This document shows, one piece after another, positions 11,801 through 23,899 of a stretch of DNA of 64,000 nt (positions are counted from its first letter, which is position 1; each line of letters starts with the position of its first letter). This DNA is from Klebsormidium nitens (Eukaryota > Plantae > Klebsormidiophyceae). A program made the position numbers and the translations under genes. Under the pieces are notes generated by a model. It was given only the letters and a program-made list of their open reading frames with translations. It did not search any database and had not been told where the DNA came from. Location: assembly GCA_000708835.1 (NCBI GenBank), contig DF236970.1, forward strand, positions 316,247 through 380,246, read 5' to 3'.

Positions 11801-14800
11801 TTCAGCAAGTTTTCTAGGTTGGCCTAGGATGTTGCAGAAAGGCTTTTGCAAGCGATAGAATGTTGTACCAGAAGGAAAATGCTGCCAGTGCAGTGCAGAC
11901 GACAGCGTCGCTCTTTCTTGCGGATCGGTATTTTTGGGTGTTGCTAATCTTTCTATGTTTAATTGGAACCGGATGATGAAAGATATGTGTACATGAACCT
12001 TCACGTAAGTTCAATCACTTGGAGAGTCGTGAAAGGCGTTTCATCTCGATCTAGCAATGCTCTAGCCGAGGACGGTTACGCTGACCCAACCTGAAACCGG
12101 TAGGTGATGGCGGGCGAGCCGATCTGCCGGTTAGTGGCGACCGACTGGTACAAGTCGAACAAGAAGATGGACGCCCTCGCCAGCCGACCGGGGAACAAAA
12201 TCATGCAGGTGGGGCAAAACTCAAAGAGCCCTCTTTTCTGTATTCTTTCGGAAAATAAAGAGAATTTTGGCACAAAGGTATGTCTGTGGGCTGACAAGTC
12301 CTTCTCTGCGTTGTTTGCCCCTCCACGCGGTTGTGCATAACCGACGCAATCAGCCCATGTGAGAGTTGAGGCATGTGCGCTCAAAAATAAAATGCCTTTC
12401 TTCAGGAGACTTGCAAAGCGCTTCTTAAGTGCCTACTTTTCCAGGTACTCATGTCGCCCGTATTGTGATGGGTGCTTTGAAGTGACAGTATGGAGATCAG
12501 TGTTCTGGCCCCTTCTTCTCGCTCGAAGCTGGGATTTTGTCGAGACTCGACAACTCATCACTGTGTGCAATTATTGAGTCGCAAGCACTCACAGTCAGAG
12601 CCTGGGCTTGCAGAAGTAGCCACTGTCCTTAAACCCCAAAACTAACGACGGATCTTTAAAAAGTTCAATCTCTCTGTGCAGGCGTTCCACGAAGCTAACA
12701 ACGCGGACGGCACCAGTCGGGGGCTCTTTATGTTCGTCATCAACATGCAGGTGACGTCAGCAACCCTCTCGCGAATTATCAAGCATGGGGCCGGCTGGGG
12801 TTGACTCTGCTGTCCACGTTGTTTTCACCAGGGCGTTGATCGATCTTGTTTTCGTTTCCACCTTACATGTGGTCACCGTTGATTGGGCGACAGCTGCCAG
12901 CGAAACTGGTTGGGATGCGTCAAACTGTATAACGTTGACCTTCTGTCTCCTGGTACGTGCAAGGAAAGGTTAAAACTAGCTCACGATAAAGATCCCTTAA
13001 GTGCAATTTTTATTGCCACACCACGAACCGCTGAGACCAGTGAAAACCTGCCGCAGCGCCTCCTTTTTCTGCTTTACACTCTTGGGGCACACGTACTTTC
13101 AAAAGGCGTGTCACCGAACTCACCAAGGTGCCTGGCCTTGTCTGCGCGTTCAAGGTAGTTCTATGCCATAACCCTATTTTTGCCAGTTTCTCTGGGCCGA
13201 CCAACTTCAGCATGGTCTTAAAATCCTTTCAGATTAGTTATCACTGCCAACTTAATTCCTGTCCCAACCTGGCCCTTAACCCGGGAGTGTAACCAACTTC
13301 TTGACACTAATTTTCGTCGCTCCAAGTTCCTGGCCGGCCAACTCCAGCATGGTGCTTTACATTCTCCGGACCGCGTCATAACTCTCGTCTTAACTTTTGA
13401 CCTCAACCCGGGCCCTTAACCCACGTGTTGAACCACTTTCCTGACACTACTTTTTCTCGCTTCAGGTCCCCGGGCCGACCAACTACAGCATGGTGTTTTA
13501 CTTTTTGTGCGACAAGCCGATCGAGGAGGGCTCGCTGCTGCACCGCTTCATCCACGGGGACGACGCGTTTCGCAACCGGCGCTTCAAGCTCATCCCCTCT
13601 ATCGTCAAGGTGGGTGCACTCCATCAAATTGCTCATGTCAGCTTTGGATTCCGCAGGTTGGGACCCACTAATAAAAGTAAAAAGTCATGAGTTTTCGCTA
13701 ACAGTGACGACGCATTCCGCAACCGCCGCTTCAAGCTTATCCCCTCTATCGTCAAGGTGGGCGCACTCCAACAAATTGCTGATCTCAAGCCTTGGATCCC
13801 TTAGGCTGTAACCCACTAAAAAATGGGTCAGGTCACAGGGTTATAGACTTTTCAGTGATGGGGACGGCACGTTTTGCAATTGGCGCTTCAATCTTATCCC
13901 GTCCATTCTCATTTAAATGCAAGCCTTTGAGGATCCGATACTCAAGCTTCGGTCCGTCAGGCTGAAAGCTACTAGAACGTGTCAGGCTTTGGGGCTATTG
14001 GAGTCAAGGATCTTTGGGCTTTTAGTTTCAGGCATCTGGTAAACGGAACTTCGTACGTGAGACGAGGAGGGATCCAGCTGTGTTGTCAAGCTTAGCGTTG
14101 CCGTGTTCAATCAAATGACTTCTAGTCGTTGAGGCAATTGTGTTAATCTTGAGGCTGAGTCCTTTTCCCGGAAAGGTTCAGGAAGTTTCATTGTCAGGGA
14201 CACGTTCTTGATTGAAGCACCAGGATTGGCCTCCGCATACAACACAGTAATATTGCAATGCTTGACCCAGAAGCCGGGCAATTTTAGATCATCTTCCTGG
14301 CTCCAAGCTCGGACGTCCGGGCTTGAACCGGTCGCTTTTGCTGCAGGGCTCCTGGGTGGTCAAGCAGTCGGTGGGTTCCACCGCCTGCCTTTTAGGGAAC
14401 GCCCTCACCATGACGTACGTCCGGGGGAAAGACAATCTAGAGGTGGGTTGCTACTTCGGGGGTGCCAGCTGTGCGCAATCGAACCCCGAGACGGAGGCGA
14501 TTTATTGAGAGCTCTTGCATAGTGTCATTGAAGAGTATGAAAATGCGCAGTGACTATTGCACCTCGGCAGACGAGTGCAATCTGCCCTTCCTTCAAAACA
14601 GGCAGAGACAAAGGAAGCATGCCGAAGAGGGACCAAGCACGACTCCCTGTCCTGACGCGCGACTTCGGAGACATATTGTCATTGCTCAGTTCGAAAGTCC
14701 TCGAGGTCGACATCGAAATTGAAACCGAGATCGGCCTGAAGGACGAACTCAACGGCGTCGTCTTTGTCTTGCAGTTCGAAGTGAACATCGGTTCGTCGAT

Positions 14801-15424
14801 GGTTGCCAACGGCATCATGGGGATGGTCGTGGGCTACATCACGCATCTAGTTGTCGACATGGCGTTCCTTGTACAGGTGAGCCCAGTTGTAGAACCTCCT
14901 CGCTTTTACAGAATGTGTTGGGGCCTTTTGTTTGAAGCATGTTCACATTGACTCGAGAACGTGGCGGGAGCATTTATTGAGCATGTCTTCGTCTTTTTCG
15001 TACTCTCTCTGGGCGTGCGTGCCCTTTCCTTCCCAAGTTCGACTCTAGAGCTTGTCTGGGCTGTCTTGTCACTGATGCTCTTGAGGAGCTTTGCCCAAGC
15101 GTTTCGTCAACGCTCCAACGACTGCTTCCGAACATTGTACGTGATACATCTCGTTAGTCCCCAAGTCAGTTTTGGGAATGGTTGGTCTGTACACAAAAAC
15201 CCCTGTCACGCTCTCCCTCGCTTTTTACCTAATTACACCTTCCGTAAAGCCGTACCAGTCAGTATCACAGCTCAAGTGCGCCTGCTGACGCAAGGTCCTC
15301 ACACTTTGCTTATGCACAGGGCGACACCCCGGAGGAGCTCCCCGAACAGCTCCTGGGGGCCGTGAGGATATCCCGGCTGCAACTGACGTCAGCCGTCGAT
15401 CCCCCACCGGTTGACGAAGCGTGA
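2870..15424 (+). CDS. EDR2: ENHANCED DISEASE RESISTANCE 2-like lipid-transfer protein (PH + START + DUF1336/EDR2_C), 20 exons
   Basis: Phase-consistent exons: 2870-3049, 3679-3873, 4646-4833, 5144-5214, 5616-5921, 6231-6271, 6695-6789, 7343-7503, 7966-8037, 8769-8939, 9492-9635, 10264-10421, 11020-11098, 11592-11746, 12104-12208, 12682-12750, 13466-13609, 14347-14442, 14775-14876, 15320-15424. Motifs: PH (KEGQLYVV...EWMSALQSA); START (WRLIRCSNGLRFF, EEIDGHTDVIY, RYWRRTEDGRY, GGFVISP); DUF1336 (WSEPAGQLFKVRGANYL, FRNRRFKLIPSIVKGSWVVKQSVG, VDMAFLVQGDTPEELPEQLLGAVR). Confidence 0.92.
8450..9260 (+). repeat. Splice-junction duplication arrays flanking EDR2 exon 10
   Basis: 'acag|g(c/t)ggcggcttcgt(g/c)atctcccccat' starts at 8477, 8613 and 8769 (real). 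'atgctcaaccgag...|gt' donors lie at 8940 (real), 9095 and 9248. Confidence 0.95.
10003..10760 (+). repeat. Splice-junction duplication arrays flanking EDR2 exon 12
   Basis: Acceptor-plus-exon-start copies at ~10003 and 10131 (real 10264). 'ccgaggcgcag...gcgg|gt' donor copies at 10583 and 10750 (real 10422). Confidence 0.93.
11470..11600 (+). repeat. Short (~52 bp) acceptor-spanning tandem duplication upstream of EDR2 exon 14
   Basis: 'cttatgcag|accc' occurs twice, and 'tagcctggct..tagcag.tg.cgc' occurs twice. Confidence 0.8.
13165..13915 (+). repeat. Splice-junction duplication arrays flanking EDR2 exon 17
   Basis: 'ccaact.cagcatggt' at 13201, 13338 and 13479 (real). 'ttcaa.ct.atccc.tc.at' at 13583 (real), 13730 and 13887. 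The copy at 13757 keeps aag|gtggg. Confidence 0.93.
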
Positions 15425-17287
15425 CCCGATCCCTCCTTGGGTGGTCACCGCAAGGCCTATAAAGGACAGGGTTAACGTGGACGAAACGAGAGGTATGCGC
15501 ATGCTTGAGCATGTGATGATCTGCCCGCCCGCTCCTTTTTGGAGCTTAGTTTGAATTGAGGAATTGAGTTGACACGCGTCAAGCACCACTTATACCGACC
15601 GGCCCTTTCCGAAGACTTGCACCAGCCAATGCACTGTAAGACTGAGTTTGTACAGTACTGCTGTAAGACTGGGTATATACAGACACTAGTTGAAACCATT
15701 ACGCAGACAATGTTTTGAACCATTCCCTCACCCTCTTCCGAACCCCTTCGAACACATAACAAGCCCGTTTATAACCTTTAGACCGTCGTAATGCACCGTG
15801 ACAGCCGCACCCATTGAAACTTGCATATGTCAAGCTGATTGGAGATTTGCCATGTTCGAGCTGCAAGCAATGATGCCTATAGCTTGGTCACTCATTGTCG
15901 CTCATCACGAACGCTCCCTACTAACGCCTGCGCATATGGGGCGCATATGTCGAATCTCATCCATGATTATGGATCGTTGCAATTATTCAATGATTAGTTA
16001 TGCAAACACTAAGTTCATCATGGCATACAATCCACAAATCATGCCTGATATTGATTGACGGTAAGCACTGAGAGTCTCTGTGTTTTCTTGGCGCACTATG
16101 CATATCATTGATCGATGCCCACGGATGGGCCGCCGTTTGACATACATCAAAAAGTCTGCAATAAAGACTCATCCACCTACTACCGTACCTTTGCTTATGA
16201 CATGCTGCATGGGCCGCCGGCCCGTACTGAACAATTTTACGATCATAAAGACCAGGCTGGGCCGCCGCCTATCACATCAGACGGTAGCAGGACATCATTG
16301 CAGGATGCACAATTGTAAACGATCAATATCGCGTACGTTGTGCCAGATGCTGCGGGGGGGCGCCGCACATGCTGTCAGATCTATGATGCAAGTCTCTGAG
16401 GCTTTGCTCATAGTAGTAAATATGTTTCTGGCTAGCACGCCATGCACACTGCCAGCTGCTGATGCTTGTTTGAGGCATAGGCATTATGCAAGTCATTGAC
16501 GCAAGCTTCGGCGGCCCAGTACGAGCGCGTGGACAGACACGTACGCACATTGTCGATCGCCGCGTATGGTTAATTGACTCGATCTGCTGCATAATAGTCG
16601 ATCGTTCAGCCTATCTTTCTCTGTCATGATATGGCCAAAGATTCGACGTTACAGCCGCACGTATCAAGATCTGAGCGTCTGGAAGGCTAAGTTGCTGTCC
16701 ATGAAACACACGTTCCAACAATCACGAACATGTAAGACGCCCCTAGCTGAACGGGCGGCCCATTCAACATGCAGGACGTCCTCGACCATATAGGTCTCGA
16801 TTTCATGTTGACTAAGGAAAGTGCCCGGGAGACGGGTAGGGTTGGTTTGGGGGTTAGGGTGAGTACGGGTGCAAAGCGTGTCATTTTGTTGGTTTAAGTT
16901 TTTAGTTTTATTCGTTACCCCGAGCACCAACCTTAGTCAACATGCTCTTGGTCAACATGAAGTCGAGAAGTATCTCGACCATCGCAGAGTGCTTAATGAC
17001 CTCCAGCTGTGATAAGACTCCTTTGTACGAAAATCAATTCAAACCATCCACTTCACCGTGACTCAAAATCCGGACTCGAAGCATTGTTGCGCACTGCCAG
17101 CGTGGAAAAGTGCATGCCAAAGCGACCCGTTAAAGTCCCGACTGTATCTGATTGACGAGGAAGTCACGAGGCTACGGTTTAATGCGGTCGCATCTCTCTG
17201 TAAAAGCTGATAGACGACCGAAGCTCGCAACCCTGGAACTGGTCACAAATCACGTACGAAAGCTAAGAAAAGACTGAAAACTCAAAA

Positions 17288-20200
17288 TCACGGAACGGTG
17301 ACAACAATCTTTCCCGTCGCATGCCCCCCGAGGCACCGCTCCCACGCCTTGTCCGCCTCCTTGAGCGGCGTCTTTGAATCGACCACCGTTTTCAGCTCGC
17401 CCCTGCCCATCATCTCAATCAGCAGCTTCAGATCCTCCGCCTTCGAGCAGTCGCAGAAAATGGGAATCATCTTCTGCCCCGCGAACGTTACCGACTGGAT
17501 CGCCGTCCGCAGGAAAGTGGAAAACTCGGGAATCGTGCTTACGACACACCCCTTGGGGGTGAGCACCCGGTGAAAGTGGTCCCACTTCTCCGGAACCGCC
17601 GTCGTGTGCAGGATGACGTCATACAGCTCGCCACCCGGGTGCGCGAGCGGGTTGTCCGGGTCCGCGACCGCCCGGTAGTCGATGACGTCATCGGCGCCGA
17701 GGCTGCGCGCGAGGTCCGCGTTGCGCGCGCCGACCGTGACGGTCACGTGGGCGCCCGCCTTCTTGGCCAGCTGCGCCGGGTGTGGAGGGTTAATCCAAAC
17801 CCGCGGCTTAAAGGTTGTGAAAAGGGTTAAAGTTCGTGGAAATAGGCGTTTGGATGATGTGCTGTGAAAAGGTTGTAGGGATTTCAGAGGACCGCTTCTC
17901 CTGGGAGGCAGGGACGAGAGTCGGAAAGAAGCTTCGAGGACTTCGAAAGAGAAACCCTGCAAGAAGGCAAAGAAGCAAACACAGGAGTGACGCGACTTCG
18001 CGAGACGCGGTCAGAAAAGCACTCTAACCTCCGTTCTCGTCAAGACGGTTGATTGTGACATAAGTGCGTCTCAGGCCGCGATAACAAGGCGAATCAAGCG
18101 GCATGTGTGCACAACGGTAGGCGGTAGGCTCCACGCAGGCTCTTCCTCTTACGATCTCAAACACGAAGTTCTCTATCTTTGCGAATTTGTTTTTCTGGCC
18201 GGTTTTTGCTCTGCTCAATGGAGCACAGTCCTTGTCCATCTGACTTTCATTTTCAGTCGGGGCGATGCGCCGACGCGCCTCCGCAATCAAAAAGCATCTG
18301 AACAAGTGTCACAAAATTTCGTACGAAGCAGGAGACATCAAGCGCATGAACAGTTCGAGGCTGCAGCAGGCAAGATCGTTCAGATGAGCAACCAGTTCCG
18401 CTTTTGAATTTTAACCAGCCCCTGAACAGCATCGTAAGTCTGTACCCCTTTGGCTATCAGTAGCATCACGACCCTTGAATTGCAAATGGAGAGTCGGCTG
18501 GAGGTTAGGAATCCGGTCGAATCAGTTGACCGGTGTGATTGGACGCCCTGCGGAGCTTAGATGCCTTCTCCTTAGGCGACCGCAGAAACGAGCAAACGGT
18601 CCTTCGAACTGATGGACCAGATGTTGTTCGAAGATTTCACTTTCCCTTCTTTTCACGACAAAGTCCCATGGATACGTTCCTGAACACCTGCACCGCGTCT
18701 GCGAACTCTTCTGGAAGCCGCCACAATAAGAATTCGGCCATTCACTCAACTGAGAATGAACCGTTTATTGAAATCAACCAGCCGTGTTCCGAGGATTCTC
18801 TTTTCTCTCATTTTGGTTTCTGACGCTTTCCCAAGAAGATTGTGCCAGTTACCTGCACCGCATAAGCGCCCACTCCCCCTGACGCCGCCATGATGAGCAC
18901 CCGACCCTTACTTGACCAGCAAAAGAATGTTCCAAAGCTTTTCATCTTTCGAATATTCGTTGCCTGCTCTCTTTATCCATGTTAAGGTTCCACGTACCTG
19001 CACCGCATAGATGCCCACTGCCCCAGGTGCCGCCATTACGAGCACCCGGCCATTCACTCAAATAATATCCAACTGATGACAATATCAATCAGACGTTTCT
19101 CAAGGGTTCTTCTATTCCTGCCGTGTTTTCTGACGTTCTTCGAAGAGATTGGGGTGCAGCGCATAGATGCCCACTCCGCCAGACGCCGCCATTATNNNNN
19201 NNNNNNNNNNNNNNNNNNNNNNNNNNNNNNNNNNNNNNNNNNNNNNNNNNNNNNNNNNNNNNNNNNNNNNNNNNNNNNNNNNNNNNNNNNNNNNNNNNNN
19301 NNNNNNNNNNNNNNNNNNNNNNNNNNNNNNNNNNNNNNNNNNNNNNNNNNNNNNNNNNNNNNNNNNNNNNNNNNNNNNNNNNNNNNNNNNNNNNNNNNNN
19401 NNNNNNNNNNNNNNNNNNNNNNNNNNNNNNNNNNNNNNNNNNNNNNNNNNNNNNNNNNNNNNNNNNNNNNNNNNNNNNNNNNNNNNNNNNNNNNNNNNNN
19501 NNNNNNNNNNNNNNNNNNNNNNNNNNNNNNNNNNNNNNNNNNNNNNNAATAAGCACCCGGCCCTTATACCCCGAGAGCGGCACACCGGCCTTGTCCCTGA
19601 GTGCCTGGAGGGCGGTCATTCCCGTGGTGACAACTCCCGAGGCCTCCTCGAACGAGACTGACGCCGGCAGTTTTGCGGCGGCCGACTTTTTGTCGAGGAG
19701 AACGTATTCCGCGAGCCCGCCTGATTTCTGCGGGGGGGTAACGAGGCTAGTTGGTTAGGATACTCAAAGGTAGATTGGGGATGGGATTAAAGGCATGAAA
19801 GCTGAATGAAGTTTTTCACAAGCGGTTTATAGGCTGAGAATACGAGAGGGAAGGTTTCGCAGTGTGGGACTTTACGTACTCGGCGAGGCCGCCTGATTTC
19901 TCCGGGAAATGTACAATGTTGGTTGGGGTATAGAAAAGTAAAGCTGTTCGGCTTAAGGGCTTGAAAGCTGAAAGAAATTGACAAACGGTTCGTTAGGCTG
20001 GCCTAATACGAGAGGGGAACTCTTTGCTGTGGCGGACTTTTTGTCGAGGAGAACGCATTCCGCGAGCCCGCTTGAATTCTGCGGGGGGATAAACGGAGAC
20101 TTATTAAGGTGGTTAGGATTTTGGTGAAAGGGAACGAAGGAACAAGCGTGTTGCAAAGTTGCCATGACGATGGGGAAGGTTTTGAGGCCCGAGGAGGACG

Positions 20201-22947
20201 TGTTCTGCAAGGCCGCCTGATTCTGCGGGGGAGTAAACCGAGATCGATGGGGGTTTAGCGAGATGGCCAGGGTTTTGGTCAATGGGAACGAAGAAACAAG
20301 CGTGTTGCAAAGTTGCGAAAACGACGGGGGAAAGGTTTGCGGCCGACTTTTGTCGAGGAGGACGTATTTAGCGAGCCCGCCTGATTCTGCGGGGGATTTA
20401 TAACGTTGATTAGAGTCTGAATGTAGATCGAGGTTGGCTTCAAATGCTTGAAAGCCGACTAGAGTTTTACAAACGGTTTGTTAGGATATACGAGAGGGGA
20501 AGTGTCGTGACTGCGGACGTGTTCGCAAGCCCGCCCAAGCTCTGCTGAACGGGAGAGATTTGAGTTAGAGGTTGTGGGAAACTGGGTGAACGAGCAGTTT
20601 TCAGAGTCGTAAAAGTCAGGTGGCGAGCTTACCAGCGTCACACACGGGCTCTCAGAAAGGACGGACTTAGCGAACCTGCCTGATCCACAGGGGTCTAGGA
20701 ATCTATGGTGAGGGTTCTGGCGACGTAGCGTGCTGAGCGCAATCGACGGCTTTGAGGATACGAACCGGAAGGACCAACAGATGAGGTCAACGGAGCATAA
20801 GCAACACAAGGCGTGTAGCCCAAAATGAAAGGAGCAAATACAAAAGGCAAATCAAAAACCCATTCAACAAAGTTCGTAATGAGCACACATTGAGCAAGGA
20901 CTATCTTTTCGTAGCTGCACCTTCGTTCCCTGACTAGTCTTTCCGATTAAGATTCACAACCAGAGCTGACGTCAGCTCTGCTCTACCAGAACGGGGGCCA
21001 AAAGCGCACCATGACGTCACTCCAGGCCGCGACCCGGTCTCCCACGGCGAAGTCCGTGACGCCCTCGCCGACGGCGGCGACTGTGCCAGCCACGTCAGTG
21101 CCTGCGGAAAATTTCCTCGATCTAGTTACTCTGGCTGGCGTTTCTCAGAACGCCCTGATTTGCGTCGTTGTTGTGAGTGCCTTCTCATCTGTATCGACAT
21201 TCTTTTCCGTGAACAGAGATTTAAAAAGAATCGCGAAAGTCCTGCAATGAACTGCGCTGAAGTCTCAGCTCGAGAACGCTGATGTTGTGAGTCGGATGGT
21301 CTTTTCGAGTGGCCGATGAGGTGACCAACAACCTGCCTCCCCATGTTTTCCCTTAGGGCTGAGTGCCAGTATCGAACAGTCGACAGGAGATCCTAGTACT
21401 CTGAGCTGAACGGGTTGAGAAGCGCCCTCGAATGGGTTCGGCGCAACCCTCCAAGAAGTCGCATTGAGGACGTCAAAAGCTGGAAAAATGTCTCCGAGAT
21501 TGAGAAGGGACTTGAGGATCAGACTTATGTTACTGAGTAACGACTCACATGGCGTGATGGGGAGCTTCAGACCGTAGATCATCTTCAAGGATCCGGACTC
21601 GAGCTTGTAATCCAGTGGGTTAAGGCTCGTGGCGGCAACCTGCAACGAAATGAGCCGCTTTAGATTTGTCTTTTGAGGCTTGCCAGATTGGGAGAGTAAC
21701 GAAAGCTTTCTCAATTCCCCCCTTAAGATCTGCCAGCTATTGTTGTGGGGGCTCTAATCCAACATCAATTGGCGGGAAGGCCGTTCGATGCAGTAGTTTG
21801 AACCGGCTTTCCATTACACCGTTAGACAAAGAGACTTAAGCATCTTCTCTGGTTGCGATAAGAGAGGTGCGTCAATTGCGTAATGCATTTGAACTCTGCT
21901 GATTGCGAAATCACTTACGATCAGGACGTATGACTGGAATCACATGTCTCTATCCTTGGCTGGCACCCACAAAGAATTGAACAGTCTTGTCAAGCAAGCC
22001 TAGATTGCAGCTAGAACCGGAAGGGTGAAGCCACTCAGTATAAGCAATCAGCAGCTTGGGAAATGTCTCCTCTTTCACCATTTGTCACTCTTATTCTTTC
22101 TACTTGATCTTCCTTCATTTCAGTCATTCATTGAGGCGTCTTTTGTGAAAGCGGTGTACAAATCAACCAACACTCTCCATTTTGTGTAAACCCATGAGAC
22201 CGTAAACCCTCGGAACAGCATCAAAAAATTGAGTGCTTGTGTGCAATGCAATTGAAACGTTGTAGGGACCGCATCCATTTCATCAAGTGAAGATGCAAGA
22301 GAAAGCTTTGATGGAAAGAGCCAAAACATGTTTGCAATCACAGTATAGGTCTGGGATGAAAGTACAATCTTCCTTTTTCAAGAGAGTGGGTGTGAATTTG
22401 AATCCATGTTCGTCTTGTCTGCCAACAGTAACAAACAGGATGCGGGTTGCTCTGAGATCCAGGAGAGTAAGAACCATGCAGTGATTACTGAGTATGTCAC
22501 AACATTGACCATCGACACTGTGCCTGTCTTAACTACCCAAAACTGTCCTTTCAATTGTCAGAGGCTTTGGTCAATAACAGATCAACCCTGTGTCTAAGAC
22601 AAACCTGGTCCTTAGGCTTGCATCGAAGTGGCCTTGCGGGACCAGAAATTGGATCTCAGTGTTGACATATAGATGACCACAGTGACTCAGCTGGGAACAA
22701 CCAAGTTCACTATACGGGCCACCCATTTTAATGGACACTCTCCAATTTGCCGCCCCCATTGCAAACATCAAAGCGTTTATCATACAAAGGAATGCTGATC
22801 TTGAAAGGCAAAAGTTTCTTTTCTGACCTTCACGAGAAGCTCCTTTGGGCCCGGCGCCGGCACTGGCAGCTCCACCTGATGCATCCCCTTGCCGTACTCC
22901 TTGTACTGCCACGCGTGCATCGTAGACGGAAGCGCAATTGCCGCCAT
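17288..22947 (-). CDS. ceQORH: NADPH-dependent quinone/alkenal oxidoreductase (MDR family), similar to chloroplast envelope quinone oxidoreductase homolog
   Basis: Exons 22947-22828 (MAAIALPSTMHAWQY...PGPKELLVK), 21639-21549 (VAATSLNPLDYK), 21101-21010 (TDVAGTV...FAVGDRV), 19727 into the N-gap (GGLAEY...TALQALRDKAG...GRVLI) and 17770-17288 (QLAKKAGAHVT...SLGADDVIDY...GHATGKIVVTVP*). The AASGGVG nucleotide-binding motif is visible only in the duplicated copies beside the gap. Confidence 0.9.
18845..20545 (-). repeat. Splice-junction duplication arrays flanking ceQORH exon 4 (3 donor-side and 5 acceptor-side copies)
   Basis: Plus-strand 'gcccgcctgatt(t)ctgcggggg' variants at ~19719 (real), 19891, 20070, 20215, 20379 and 20533. 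'cctgcaccgcata..gcccact...gccgccat' copies at ~18852 and ~18997, with a more diverged copy at ~19155. Confidence 0.95.
19196..19547. other. Assembly gap (N run) covering the 3' end of ceQORH exon 4
   Basis: Run of n between duplicated exon-end copies. Confidence 1.
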
Positions 22948-23899
22948 GCTCGCACAGCTTCTTACCCTTCTAGCTGTTGAGTTTGCTGCTTTATTGCCAA
23001 CTGCTCTCAAGCGCCTGCGATCTTTATCTGCGTAATAACAAAAGCTCTAACTGCTGAATGAGCTGGCATGGAAGGGATTGCGGAGTTGTAGCTAGCCTAG
23101 TAGCTGAGCGACAGTCACCTCGCTGCATTAATCCTCCACAAGCACATTTGACAGCAGATTAATTTCCAGCTGGTGGCGTTCGTACATGCCATTGTACAAT
23201 GTGTACAAGTACGGTACCTAGTGGGATACATCATACCTAGCTAGCTCTAGGGACCTACGGTACCGGTAATTGCATGTTCTTGCATGTCGCACTGGGCAGC
23301 GGGCTAGGAGAGGACAGTAGGTACATCTTTTGTAGAGGTACCGGTAACCGTAGGCAGTACTAAGGTACAGGATGGGGTGTACATTTTCAGATGTACGGAC
23401 AAAGAAAGTGCGTCATGGTCTGACATCACCGACCCTGCCTCCATGAAATATGTAGGTGGGTAAACTTTTAGTACGTGGATAACCTGACTGACACAACCCG
23501 AGGGTTCAAGCCGGAGCCTTGGCTGTTCAATGTCAATTGCGCACAAGTTTCAATTCCTAACCTTCTTAAACATGAAAGCTTGCCACCCCTTGCTGTCCGA
23601 GCCGGTAGACGATGACGACAGATACCTAGTTACCACGTGGTCCGAGAATCTGTATGCCGTACTCCGACATCTGTATGCCGTACGGTCCATCCGACACGAA
23701 TTTCCATCTGTAATTGGTCGGCGCAAGCGGAAACTTTTGCTTTCCGTCTCGTCTCTAGTTGCTCTTGGAATGCTTAGGGTTTTGTAGCTCTGATTGAAGA
23801 TCAATTGCTGGCCTGCATTTCCCAGCAGAACTTCAAATAAATAGAGAGCGGAGGAAAGGCGTCGCCAGATTGTTTCCAGAGGCAAATGCGGCGGAGGCG
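22948..23899. promoter_or_regulatory. Divergent region between ceQORH and the PPR-SMR gene
   Basis: Start codons face outward ~950 bp apart; the region contains a GTAC/CTAG-rich block. Confidence 0.5.

Noticed and set aside
14550-14774. In-frame VDIEIETEIG segment upstream of EDR2 exon 19 as coding
   Set aside because: It lies before a good polypyrimidine-CAG acceptor at 14774, and the DUF1336 alignment is complete without it.
19076-19758. Long ORFs in the track spanning 19.1-19.7 kb
   Set aside because: They are artefacts of translating through the N-gap (X runs).
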